Notes under the pieces: model-generated
The model's input: only the letters and a program-made list of their open reading frames with translations
Told to the model about the DNA's origin: nothing
The model's database searches: none
Shown: one piece after another, positions 52,375-61,530 of the stretch
Numbering within the stretch: the stretch's first letter is position 1
Layout: every line of letters starts with the position of its first letter
Assembly (NCBI GenBank): GCA_050287085.1
Contig: JBNKBE010000015.1
Span: forward strand, 109,030-173,029
Origin: Polyangiaceae bacterium
GTDB lineage: Bacteria; Myxococcota_A; Polyangia; Polyangiales; Polyangiaceae
Direction: 5' to 3'
Length of the DNA stretch: 64,000 nt
Translations under genes and position numbers: made by a program

Positions 52375-53448
52375 TCAAAGCGCCGAAGGGCGCGCGGGCT
52401 TGTTCGCCGCACGCCACTGGACCATTCCGCCACGCATCGACGCCACGCGACGAAAGCCAGCGCGCTCAAGCGCCAGCGCCGCAGTAGCAGAGCGTCGTCC
52501 AGAGCGACACACAACCACCAGCGGCGCCTCACGATTCCAGACTTCGCTAGAATGGTGAAGAGTCGCGAGCGGAACGAGCTCGCTGCCGGCGATGTGGCCC
52601 AGCTCGCCCGCGTACTCATCGGCTTCGCGAACATCGATGATGCGGGCTTCTGCGGGATGCTCGGCGACCCAATCGACCGTCACCTCTGGCACACCGTCCG
52701 CCACTCGCTCGATCGGCGCCCACGCCCTTTCACCCACCGGGCCCGCTGCCATAGGCACGTCCGCAACGCCACACGCCAGATTGGCCGGAACGGCTTCGTT
52801 TATCTTTTTCGGCTCTTTGAGCTTCAAGGCGCGCATGATTTCGACAAACTCGGCTTCGCTCCTGCTGGCGAGCCGAGGGTTGAAACGCTTCTCTTCCGCA
52901 ATGGTGCTCTCGAGCTGACCGCGATAGTCGTGCCCCGGAAAGACCCGCACGGCGTCGGGCAAGACAAAGAGCTTTTCGGTGATAGACCGGTATAGCTTCG
53001 CAGGATCCCCCTGCTGGAAGTCTGTACGCCCACAACCGCGAATCAAGAGTGCATCCCCCGTGAACACACGCCCCTCCGTCGGCTCATAGTAGGAAACACA
53101 ACCGTCGGTATGACCCGGCGTCTCCAGCACGCGGAGCGAGTAGCGGCCCAGCTGGAGCACGTCGCCATCGCGCACGGAGCGGCTTGCGCACCCCGTCCCC
53201 GCCGCGTGAGACAAGACGCTTTCGCTGCCAAGCCGCGTTCGAAGCACTCCCGAAGCCGTGATGTGGTCGGCGTGAACATGCGTCTCGAGGGTGAGCACCA
53301 GCCTCAAGTCCAGCTCTTCAAGCAGCTGAGCATCGCGCTCGACTTGATCTCGAACGGGATCGATGAGAAGCGCCTCCCGGGTTTCCTCGTCGGCCAGGAG
53401 ATAGGTGTAGGTGGAGGACTCCGGGTCGAACAACTGGCGAAAAATCAT
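52375..53448 (-). CDS. Persulfide dioxygenase (ETHE1-like MBL) fused to rhodanese
   Basis: ETHVHADH, TPGHT, GCGRTDFQ, PGHDY, NPRL; C-terminal DVRE..GHI..CRSGRRS. Confidence 0.92.
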   Translation of the reverse strand: MIFRQLFDPESSTYTYLLADEETREALLIDPVRDQVERDAQLLEELDLRLVLTLETHVHADHITASGVLRTRLGSESVLSHAAGTGCASRSVRDGDVLQLGRYSLRVLETPGHTDGCVSYYEPTEGRVFTGDALLIRGCGRTDFQQGDPAKLYRSITEKLFVLPDAVRVFPGHDYRGQLESTIAEEKRFNPRLASRSEAEFVEIMRALKLKEPKKINEAVPANLACGVADVPMAAGPVGERAWAPIERVADGVPEVTVDWVAEHPAEARIIDVREADEYAGELGHIAGSELVPLATLHHSSEVWNREAPLVVVCRSGRRSATAALALERAGFRRVASMRGGMVQWRAANKPARPSAL

Positions 53449-53475
53449 GCAGACACTCCTTTGTCGAAAGGCGCT

Positions 53476-53614
53476 ATACAACATTCATACCAGGCGCCAT
53501 TTCCCCCTGAGGGCCGCACGATCACTCAGCGATCTTGCCGGAACGCGTGGCTTCCCTCTTTGACTACGGCGCTAGACGCCCTGACTTGAAACAGCCTGCA
53601 ACGGAGCTTGCAAC
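53476..53614 (-). promoter_or_regulatory. Putative sigma54 promoter and enhancer for the dioxygenase-SulP operon
   Basis: Minus strand CTGGTATGAATGTTGTAT (53476-53493); TG(A/C)AAC at 53587, 53597, 53609. Confidence 0.6.
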
Positions 53615-53618
53615 AGCA

Positions 53619-54980
53619 TCAGCCGTCGTCCATCGCAGGTTCACTGGGCGGCGTCTCGCCGTCATGCGCCTTGTCGAGTCCAAGTCGCCGTAGCTTCCGC
53701 CACAACGTAACCCGGCTCAGGCCCAGCGCTTGGGCAGCTCGGCCGTGATGCCCCCCAGCGCGCTCGATGGCGCGCAGCAGGGTACGACCTTCTTCGCTGA
53801 GGTTGGAGGGCAGTTCGGTGCCGAGATTGGCGACGGGCGGCCTTGTCTCGCCATCACTCACCTCAGCGGGCAGATCGTGATCGAGCAGGACGGGCCCGTC
53901 CCCCATGACAAGTGCGTATTCGATCACGTTGCGCAGCTCGCGAACGTTGCCGGGCCAACCATACCCCTCGAGGATCGCCACAGCGGCTGGCGCGATGTGC
54001 TGCACTTGGCGCGCGCCGTCGGAGGCGAGTTGCTCGACAAAGCGGTGAGCCAAGAGCTCAATGTCCCGCGGCCGGTCACGAAGCGGAGGAAGAAAGAGCG
54101 GAACGACTCGCAGTCGATACATCAAGTCCGCTCGGAACTCGCCGGCCGCAACGGCCGCGCGCAGCGATCGGTGCGTGGCCGCCACAATACGCGTGTCGAC
54201 CGATAGCGGCTCCGTACCACCGACGGGGATCACGGTCTTCTCTTGCAGGACACGGAGCAGCTTGGCTTGCACCTCGAGTGGAAGCTCCGCCACTTCATCG
54301 AGGAATAGTGTTCCGCCGTCGGCCGCACGAAAATGTCCCGAGGAATTCCGAACCGCACCGGTGAAGGCACCGCGCACGTGCCCGAAGAGCTCGCTCTCTA
54401 GCAAATTCGGGGGCAGAGCCGCGCAATTGAGGGCCAGAAACGGTCCATCACGCCGCGATGAAGCCTGATGAATGGCCCGCGCCACCAGCTCCTTGCCAGT
54501 ACCGGTTTCTCCGCGGATCAGCACGCTCGCGTTGGTGCGCGCCACGCGTGCGATCTGCCGCAGCAGCTGCTTCATGCCCGCATCACGCGTTAAAATGCCC
54601 CAACTATCAGCGACCGCGTCGGGCCCCACGACCGCAAACTCATCGATGTCCAGGAGCAGAAGCCAGCCGGCGCGTTCCTCCCCCTCCGATTGGAGCGGGG
54701 TTGCACGAATCTGCACCATCCGTGTTTCACCCTCAGCCCATGGGCGCAGCACCTCCGCGCTCACCGACTCCCCTCGAGCCAGCGCTTCGGCCACCGGACG
54801 CTCCGGCCCCGAGCCACATAACAAGCGAGGAGCGGAGTCGCCGAGTTGGATCGGAGTACCCACCAGCTCTTCCGCCCGCGGGGTGAAGCCCACGACTCGA
54901 AGCTTCTGATCGAGTACGATCGCGGGTCCAGCCACCTCTTCTAGTGCCTGTAGAGTCACGGCAGACGGTGCTTCCATCAC
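53619..54980 (-). CDS. Sigma54-dependent activator (PAS-like + AAA+ + Fis HTH)
   Basis: [44 protein letters not shown]. Confidence 0.95.
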   Translation of the reverse strand: MMEAPSAVTLQALEEVAGPAIVLDQKLRVVGFTPRAEELVGTPIQLGDSAPRLLCGSGPERPVAEALARGESVSAEVLRPWAEGETRMVQIRATPLQSEGEERAGWLLLLDIDEFAVVGPDAVADSWGILTRDAGMKQLLRQIARVARTNASVLIRGETGTGKELVARAIHQASSRRDGPFLALNCAALPPNLLESELFGHVRGAFTGAVRNSSGHFRAADGGTLFLDEVAELPLEVQAKLLRVLQEKTVIPVGGTEPLSVDTRIVAATHRSLRAAVAAGEFRADLMYRLRVVPLFLPPLRDRPRDIELLAHRFVEQLASDGARQVQHIAPAAVAILEGYGWPGNVRELRNVIEYALVMGDGPVLLDHDLPAEVSDGETRPPVANLGTELPSNLSEEGRTLLRAIERAGGHHGRAAQALGLSRVTLWRKLRRLGLDKAHDGETPPSEPAMDDG

Positions 54981-55050
54981 GGCAGAGCCTAGCTCATGCC
55001 ATTCTCAATGAGCGAGCACGATTCTTAAGATGGGTTAGCCCCGGCGCCCC

Positions 55051-55524
55051 TTATGTGCTGCGCGGCGCGCCCGGAGCCACGACCGATGTTCGCAGCTCAA
55101 GTTGGCGCCCCTCCCACAGCTCGTAGCGACGAAACAACCACATCCCGAAAAGCATAGAAGCGGCGAAGATCCAGGTGCCCGAGGAGGGGCGGCTAAGCCC
55201 CACGACCAGTGGCCCCGGGCAATATCCTCCCATGCCCCAGCCCACGCCGAAGATCGCCGAGCCAAGCAGCAGCTTGCGGTCGACCTGCTTGTTGGTCGGC
55301 AGATAAAAGCGTGGCGCAAAGACCGGGCGCGAGCGGCGGAATACCCAGCGAGACAGCCCAAAGTTGACACCCACGCCGGAGACCATCACGAATGCCAGCG
55401 AGGGGTCCCACTCGCCTGCAAGGTCGAGAAAGCCCACGACCTTGGAGGGCAATGTCATGCCCGCCACCGACAACCCCAGGGAGAACAGGACGCCCGCGAA
55501 AAGCCCAACAAGTGCTTGTTTCAC
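55051..55524 (-). CDS. YeeE/YedE-family sulfur-compound transporter subunit
   Basis: GM..PSKVVGFLD..WDPSLAFVM, FGVGWG..GYCPGP. Confidence 0.88.
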   Translation of the reverse strand: MKQALVGLFAGVLFSLGLSVAGMTLPSKVVGFLDLAGEWDPSLAFVMVSGVGVNFGLSRWVFRRSRPVFAPRFYLPTNKQVDRKLLLGSAIFGVGWGMGGYCPGPLVVGLSRPSSGTWIFAASMLFGMWLFRRYELWEGRQLELRTSVVAPGAPRST

Positions 55525-55958
55525 GACACACCTCCGGTGAGCAAACGCATCGCCAGAACGGTCAAGACGCCGCTAGCGATGAAAGTGAGCACGGAAGCCA
55601 AAGAGCGCTCGGACAGACGAGCGAGCCCGCACACGCCATGTCCGCTGGTGCAACCGCTCCCCAAACGGGCTCCAAACCCCACCAGCACACCAGCTACCAC
55701 CCAGGTAAGCGGGGCACGGGTGACGTCCAACTCGATCCAACTCGGGCGAATCTGAGCGACCGCGACGCCCCCCCCGACGAGTCCAAGCACAAACGCCGCT
55801 CGCCAGCCAAAGCCTTCGTTGCGAGGAGTCAGAAGGCCCCCAAGAATGCCGCTGATGCCCGCGATGCGGCCATTGAGCCACATCAAGAGGGCTGCTGAGA
55901 GCCCTATCATGGCGCCGCCCAACAAGGCAGACCACGGAGTAAAGTCATGAATCGTCAT
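55521..55958 (-). CDS. YeeE/YedE-family sulfur-compound transporter subunit
   Basis: GRIAGISGI, GSGCTSGHGVCG. Confidence 0.9.
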   Translation of the reverse strand: MTIHDFTPWSALLGGAMIGLSAALLMWLNGRIAGISGILGGLLTPRNEGFGWRAAFVLGLVGGGVAVAQIRPSWIELDVTRAPLTWVVAGVLVGFGARLGSGCTSGHGVCGLARLSERSLASVLTFIASGVLTVLAMRLLTGGVS

Positions 55959-56031
55959 TGTCTCATTCCTGTTTTGGACGGGTTTGCTCCCAAGCCGCGG
56001 GTGCGACCGTCCACATTTGTTGAGGAGCTGT

Positions 56032-56151
56032 TTACACATTCCATGCCAACACCAAAGAAGCGGCGAGCATCAGCCTCTTCCGCGGGCACCGGCAGGCGCC
56101 GCCCCTACGCCCCGGACCACCGGTGCAACGAGCTGCAACCGCCCTTGAAAC
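56032..56151 (-). promoter_or_regulatory. Putative sigma54 promoter and enhancer for the YeeE/YedE pair
   Basis: Minus strand TTGGCATGGAATGTGTAA (56032-56049); TG(C/A)AAC at 56124, 56134, 56146. Confidence 0.6.
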
Positions 56152-56265
56152 GAGAGCCGTCGAGCTCCGGGGCGCGCTCAAGCGAGTTGACCCTTCGGAC
56201 GGCCATCGCGAGACTAGCTTTTTTGCGGACACCTTTGAAGGCCATACGCTACAAAGGCCGCGTCA

Positions 56266-56339
56266 GCGCCCGTAGCTCAGCTGGATAGAGCGATGGCCTT
56301 CTAAGCCATTGGTCGCAGGTTCGAATCCTGCCGGGCGTG
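56266..56339 (+). tRNA. tRNA-Arg(UCU)
   Basis: GCGCCCG TAGCTCAG, anticodon loop CTTCTAA, GCAGG TTCGAAT CCTGC; CCA not encoded. Confidence 0.95.
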
Positions 56340-56481
56340 CTCACCTTTGGAGGCGGAGGGCCTTGTTGTTCGCACGCCCTCCGTGTTTCTGGGAGCCGGG
56401 GCCCCGGAGCCCCAGCTCCTGCCTGACGCTGACGAGCGCTCTGGGCGTGCGGTAAGGGACGGCGGGGCGTGCGTTGACGCG

Positions 56482-56677
56482 TCGCTCGCCCTGCGGGCCT
56501 CGCGCACTGCGCTGGCCGCCCGTGACGGGTCGCTCGCCCTGCGGGCCTCGCGCACTGCGCTGACGGCTGCGCGCGGGAAAAACGCGCCGGGGGCGCTCGC
56601 TCGCCCTGCGGGCCTCGCGCACTGCGCTGGCCGCCCGTGACGGGTCGCTCGCCCTGCGGGCCTCGCGCACTGCGCTG
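56482..56677. repeat. Four exact 33-bp direct repeats TCGCTCGCCCTGCGGGCCTCGCGCACTGCGCTG (REP/BIME-like)
   Basis: Copies at 56482, 56530, 56597, 56645; linkers 15, 34 and 15 bp, first and third identical. Confidence 0.9.
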
Positions 56678-56744
56678 AGCGGCGCAGGCGCCGTGACGCG
56701 CCACAACTGCAGTGACGAACAAGCTCAGAACGCGAGCGCGGCGC

Positions 56745-56853
56745 GGCGCGTGCGCCACTAGCAAGACGAACTCGAAACCCCAAGCGCGCTCAACTCGAGC
56801 CGGCTATGCGCATCGAGACACCTCGCGCTCCGACGTGCAGCTCACCTTCCCCC
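56745..56853. repeat. Dispersed ~108-bp repeat, copy 2 (copy 1 at 13922-14029)
   Basis: Direct sequence match. Confidence 0.9.
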
Positions 56854-56928
56854 GGCGCCCGCAGCCCAGGGCGAGGACGGCTTGGGGGAAGCAGCAGACC
56901 GAAGGGCTGCTGGATGGGGGCAACCCCA

Positions 56929-57058
56929 TTCGAATCCGCAGGTCGGGGGTTCGAGCCTTCGTTGACGAAGTACAGCGCGCTGGACGTAGTCAACGAAGGC
57001 CTACGGCCCTCGCGACAGCGAGGGAGCGGCGCAGCCGCAGTGAATCCCTCGGGGCGCG
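56929..57058 (+). pseudogene. 3' half of a tRNA-Arg(UCG)-like gene with an 89-nt palindromic insertion in the T-loop
   Basis: TTCGAA TCCGCA GGTC GGGGG TTCGA [insert] AT CCCTC GGGGCGC G. Confidence 0.55.
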
Positions 57059-57360
57059 CTGCTGTGGTCGTGGGGCCTTTCGGCCCCAGCTCACCTCTGT
57101 CCCTTCTGCGTTTCATGGCGCCGCCTCCGGCGACGCGGTCCTCGCCCGCGAGCGGGCGCCGCGCCCCAGCACGCCACTGCGGTTCAGAGCCACTGCGGTT
57201 CAGCCCACCCCTCCCATCGCCAACCCTCAACCCGCCGTGTATCCCGGCCGTTGTATCCCGGAGCGACTGCATCCCCCCCTGGCGCCTCAATTGAGCGCGC
57301 GGCGAGGCACTGCCCGCAGGGCGGACGACAAGTATAGCACAAGTCCAAGCAAAACACCCT

Positions 57361-57430
57361 GGTGGAGTCGCCCTGGTGGGCAAGCACTGTTGTGACCCGT
57401 GCGGTATGGTTCGATTCCTCGCTTCACCCC
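57361..57430 (+). ncRNA. Degenerate tRNA-His(GUG)-like element
   Basis: GGTGGAG/CTTCACC stem, GCCC-TGGT-GGGC D arm, GCAC..TTGTGAC..GTGC anticodon arm, GGTTCGATTCC; T stem weak. Confidence 0.55.
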
Positions 57431-57616
57431 TAGCTGGAGCCGCAGCAAATTGCGTCTCTCGCCACTACTCCGCGGCGCCCGGTGCTAGTGCTAATCAAGG
57501 AAGTTCCACCGGGCGCCGTGGATCCTTTCCCGATTGGCACAATCAAGCCCAGCCCCGTGGACTACTGTGGAGCGACCGCTTCGCAGGTTTCAGCGCCACG
57601 GCAGAGGAGCCAACCC

Positions 57617-58144
57617 ATGCACGACCGAACCCTGTTGCTTACCCCTTGGTACTTCCCCCACCGCATCGTGCGCTGGCAAGACGCGGTGACCATGGTCTTC
57701 CTCGGCAAGGCGGAAGTGGTGGTCAGCTATGACGCGGTGTTACGCTCACCGTCGATGGCCATGCCCTCACCCGCCGTAATCCGCGTGCGCAAGCTGCGGC
57801 GTAGCAACAAGCCAGGTGTACGCTTCTCTCGCGTGAACGTCTACACGCGGGATGACTTCCGGTGTCAATACTGCGGGGAACGCTTCGACCACCGCATGCT
57901 CAGCTACGACCACGTGACGCCCCGTTCCGCGGGTGGCCGCACTGAGTGGACAAACATCGTCACCGCGTGCAAGCCCTGCAACAACAGCAAAGGACACCTG
58001 ACCTGTGACGAAGCCGGCATGTGGCCCTTGCAGCGCCCCGTGCAACCCACGTCGCTGCCGCCGATCGGGCCGCTGGTCATTCCAGCGCGAGCGCCGCGCG
58101 AGTGGCGCGCCTTCATTCCCGCTGCCTGGGCGTCCCGCATTTAG
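57617..58144 (+). CDS. HNH endonuclease (McrA/COG1403-like)
   Basis: GAGGAG RBS; FSRVNVYTRD..CQYCG..DHVTPRS.GG..W.NIVTACKPCNNSKG. Confidence 0.92.
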   Translation: MHDRTLLLTPWYFPHRIVRWQDAVTMVFLGKAEVVVSYDAVLRSPSMAMPSPAVIRVRKLRRSNKPGVRFSRVNVYTRDDFRCQYCGERFDHRMLSYDHVTPRSAGGRTEWTNIVTACKPCNNSKGHLTCDEAGMWPLQRPVQPTSLPPIGPLVIPARAPREWRAFIPAAWASRI

Positions 58145-58352
58145 GAGCAGTCTCCGAAAGCGGGGCGCCACGGGCGCGCCGCAAGGGCCGGCCACGCTGA
58201 GCGACGCTCTACACAAACGTCGGGCCGAGCATCCGCAGCGCCGCCGGTGTAGGGCATCCGCAGCGCCGCGGTCAGGTCTGCTGGGGCGTCGCTGGGACCG
58301 ACCGGCAGTTTTCACCGAGTCCGTCCCCCTCTTGCCGTGTTAGAAAGAAAAC

Positions 58353-59717
58353 ATGGCAAAGGGAGACATCAGGGCGGGCCGCAGCGCGAACACTACGCGG
58401 CGCGCGCGGCGGCAGTCAGGTTCGTCGCAGTGTGGGCGCGGAAGTCGTTTGGCCGCGTGGTGCTTGGCAGCGCTAGGCCTGTTGACGTACGAGCGAGGTG
58501 CATCCGCGTGTTCCGGCCACCAATTCGAGCGAGCTGAGGTCCTTTACCCGGAGCGGGGGCTAGCTGGAGTTCCGACCAACGTGGTGCCCCTGTTCTCAGC
58601 GAGCACCTTGGCAGCCGTAGGTCTCTTCGATGCGTCCGGTGCAGCGGTCCAAGGCGACATCTTGGAGCTTGGCCTAACGCCGTACGAGATGAACGAGGGG
58701 GAAGATGAAGATGGCACCCCTCTGCTGTTCAGCACAAGCTTCACTGACACCCTGTTTCAGTTCGTACCAAAGGAAGAGCTCACCCCGCTGGAGCAGTACG
58801 ACCTCGTCGTCGTCGCGGCGAACGTTCCTGAGGCCCGCGTGCTGAGCGACTATCCAGCGGCACTACAAGAAGCGGATGCTGGTGCGCTCGCCAGCGCTGT
58901 CATCAGAACGACCTGGCCAGGCGCAGCCGGCGACGGCAAGGCGATGCTCTACCGCGTGCCGTTCGAAGCTGGTGATGGCGACCTGACGAGCATGCCGCCG
59001 GCCCCCAAAGCCACCTGGCTGAGTCACGGCTACTTCGAGGACGGCGGCAGCGCCGCGTGTCAAGGTCAGCACCGCGTGTGTTTGCGAGACCTACCAGCCG
59101 GTGAGCTGCTACTTGCGGAGCTCGTGTTCGAGAGCGAGGAGGGCAACGTGCGTCGCACCGTCGGCGTGGCACGGAGCACGGAGTATCAAACGAACAGCTT
59201 GCCCCAAGACGCCCGCCTGCGGGCTGCAACGCTCACGACCGTGAACGCAGTCGGCCGCCGCTCACCCCCTGTGGAGTTGGGCGAGCGGGACCTGGCCAAC
59301 TACTTCGTGCCAGAGACGGCCGACGTCCCGATCGGACTGCTCTGCGAGCAACAATGGGCCGAGAGCAAGTGGCCCTTCCCCGCGCAGGGGGGAACGGATC
59401 GTCCTCTTCCCGACGCGGGCGCGCGCCCAGCAGAACCGATGAACGATGGCGGCGCGCGTCCAGCTGAGTTTGATGCAAGCGCGCCGCGCGCAGACGGCCC
59501 CCCGGACGCGGGCGCCCTCGACTCCGTCACCTTCGTGCGAGTGGGCGGCTGTACCCTGAGCGCAGCTCGCGACACGTCTCTACCGTGGACAGGCACCTGG
59601 TTGGCGGCCGCGGTGCTACTCGCGTCCGCGCGGTGCAAAGGGCATGGCACAGGATTCACGAGTACGCTTCGACGTTCGCGGCTGCGCGACACGCTTCTTC
59701 GAAGCTGGCCGCGATGA
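58353..59717 (+). CDS. Exported hypothetical protein with possible MYXO-CTERM-like tail
   Basis: Signal-like segment ending ASAC; DAG-rich linker; GGC + hydrophobic stretch + basic residues near the C-terminus. Confidence 0.6.
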   Translation: MAKGDIRAGRSANTTRRARRQSGSSQCGRGSRLAAWCLAALGLLTYERGASACSGHQFERAEVLYPERGLAGVPTNVVPLFSASTLAAVGLFDASGAAVQGDILELGLTPYEMNEGEDEDGTPLLFSTSFTDTLFQFVPKEELTPLEQYDLVVVAANVPEARVLSDYPAALQEADAGALASAVIRTTWPGAAGDGKAMLYRVPFEAGDGDLTSMPPAPKATWLSHGYFEDGGSAACQGQHRVCLRDLPAGELLLAELVFESEEGNVRRTVGVARSTEYQTNSLPQDARLRAATLTTVNAVGRRSPPVELGERDLANYFVPETADVPIGLLCEQQWAESKWPFPAQGGTDRPLPDAGARPAEPMNDGGARPAEFDASAPRADGPPDAGALDSVTFVRVGGCTLSAARDTSLPWTGTWLAAAVLLASARCKGHGTGFTSTLRRSRLRDTLLRSWPR

Positions 59718-59958
59718 AACCCGGCTCATGGCTTGCGCGCCATGAACCTTGCTTGCGAGCTGCCCCAGCACATGCCGGGGGCGCTTGCCTTTGCGCTCAA
59801 TGGTGGCGGAGCGGCGAGCGGCGGCATGACCACCAGCGATCACGGGACGGCAAGCGGCGGAGTGGCCAAGAGCGATGACGGGACCGCAGAGCAAGACGCA
59901 AGTGGAGCTAGCCAGCGCCTGCGGCACGTGCACTCGCTTCCCCGTGTGTCAGGAGCGT

Positions 59959-61530
59959 TCACTCCCAATCATCAAGGGGCTCGGGCTCGAGGTGGCCGAG
60001 CCGATCGAGCGGGCTCTTTACGCCAAGGGGTCCACGCTCCACTACGTGGGCGTAGATCATGGTCGTGCGAACATCGGCATGGCCCAGCAGCTTCTGGATG
60101 GTGCGGATGTCGTAACCGGACTCCAGCAAGTGAGTGGCAAAAGAGTGGCGCAGGGTATGGCAAGAGACCGGCTTGGTGAGCCGGGCGCGCAGGCCCGCTT
60201 CGCGCACGGCCCGCTGCAGCGCGGTCTCGTGCAAGTGGTGGCGGCGACGCTGACCGGTAGCCTCGTCGACATGGGTGCGCGTCGCCGGAAACACCCACTG
60301 CCAGCGAAGCTCCGTGGGCGCAGACGGATACTTGCGAGCGAGGGCCTCAGGGAGGGTCACCGCGCCCCCGCCTCGAAGCAAGTCTCTTTCGTGCTGCAAA
60401 CGAACGCGCTCGAGTTGCGCCCTCAGCGGGGCGCGCAGCGTTTGTGGCAGCAGCGCAGTACGGTCCTTCTTCCCTTTGCCGCGGCGCACGGTAAGTTGTG
60501 AACGGGCAAGATCTACGTCCTTGACGCGCAGCGTGATGCACTCCATCAGCCGCAGCCCAGAGCCGTAGAGCAAGCTTGCCATCAGGCGCTGGTTGCCCCG
60601 CAGCTCCGCCAAGAGCTGGCCTACCTCTGCCGCGGAGAGCACGACGGGCAACCGCTTGGGTCCGCGAGCGCGCACCACCGCGTCAACGAGCCCAAGGGGT
60701 TTACCCAGCACCTCCTTGTAGAGAAATATCAGGGCCGCTAGCGCCTGATTCTGCGTCGACGCGCTCACCCGCTCTTTCGTCGCCAAAAGCGAGAGAAACG
60801 CCGCGACTGCAGGCTCCCCGAGCGACGCCGGGTGAACGCGCCCGGAGTGCGCGATGTAACGCCGGATCCAACGCTCGTAGGCCTCCGCCGTTCGCGGACT
60901 AGCGTGCCGCACCTCGAGCCGGCGCCGCGCCTCCTCGATGATGGCCCGTGGCGAAGCCAAAGCGTGGGAGGGCGCTGGCGCAATCACCGGCGAGGCGGAG
61001 GCGGGCGCCGGAACGTCGGGACCACGCGGCAGAACGCGAGGGGCAGCGGCGAGATGCGGCGGAGACCGCTGCGCGGGCGCCAGCGGCGAAGGCGACGGCA
61101 CGACGGGCGGCGACAAAAGGGACGCCGCAGCGGATCTGGCGCGATGCGGCTCGGGCTGACCCGCGGGCGGCGGCGGTGAAGTAGGCGGAGGGGACGACGG
61201 CGAGAGAGGCGGCGAGGGCGGCGGCACGGACGGAAGGCGGTCGCAGTGCGAATGGGGTTTCGGCGGCGCTCGCCGCGCCAGCGCGGACGTCAGCGAAGGA
61301 GCCGCGGGGGGAGCGGGAGCGGCTGGCGGGCGCCGCGCGGCTGGCGGCGAGGGCGCTGGCGGTGGCGGGGAAGCCGCTGGCGGGCGCGCCGCAGGGGATG
61401 GCGACCGCCTCGGGGACCGACCGGCGGATGACGGCGGGGGCGCCACCGGCGGCGAGTCCAGCGTGGCTGTGGGCGCCTCAGGCGACGGCGCAGACGGGAG
61501 TGGCTCACTTGGGGGCGTTGAGGGGCACAT
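59959..61530 (-). CDS. intI: Integron integrase (tyrosine recombinase), possibly with Pro-rich N-terminal extension
   Basis: SASTQNQAL, LYGSGLR, KGKKDR, IntI-specific ALARKYP..WQWVFPA..RRHH, HTLRHSFATH, LLGH, TTMIY; start uncertain (61530 or ~60940). Confidence 0.95.
   Translation of the reverse strand: MCPSTPPSEPLPSAPSPEAPTATLDSPPVAPPPSSAGRSPRRSPSPAARPPAASPPPPAPSPPAARRPPAAPAPPAAPSLTSALARRAPPKPHSHCDRLPSVPPPSPPLSPSSPPPTSPPPPAGQPEPHRARSAAASLLSPPVVPSPSPLAPAQRSPPHLAAAPRVLPRGPDVPAPASASPVIAPAPSHALASPRAIIEEARRRLEVRHASPRTAEAYERWIRRYIAHSGRVHPASLGEPAVAAFLSLLATKERVSASTQNQALAALIFLYKEVLGKPLGLVDAVVRARGPKRLPVVLSAAEVGQLLAELRGNQRLMASLLYGSGLRLMECITLRVKDVDLARSQLTVRRGKGKKDRTALLPQTLRAPLRAQLERVRLQHERDLLRGGGAVTLPEALARKYPSAPTELRWQWVFPATRTHVDEATGQRRRHHLHETALQRAVREAGLRARLTKPVSCHTLRHSFATHLLESGYDIRTIQKLLGHADVRTTMIYAHVVERGPLGVKSPLDRLGHLEPEPLDDWE

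Noticed and set aside
56482..56677. CRISPR array
   Set aside because: Linkers are 15/34/15 bp with two identical; no cas genes or AT-rich leader in the window
57535..57549. Sigma54 promoter TTGGCACAATCAAGC before the HNH gene
   Set aside because: GG-to-GC spacing is 9 rather than the required 10
57617..58144. IscB/HEARO or Cas9-like RNA-guided nuclease
   Set aside because: Only 175 aa; no PLMP or RuvC motifs; fits the stand-alone McrA-like HNH family
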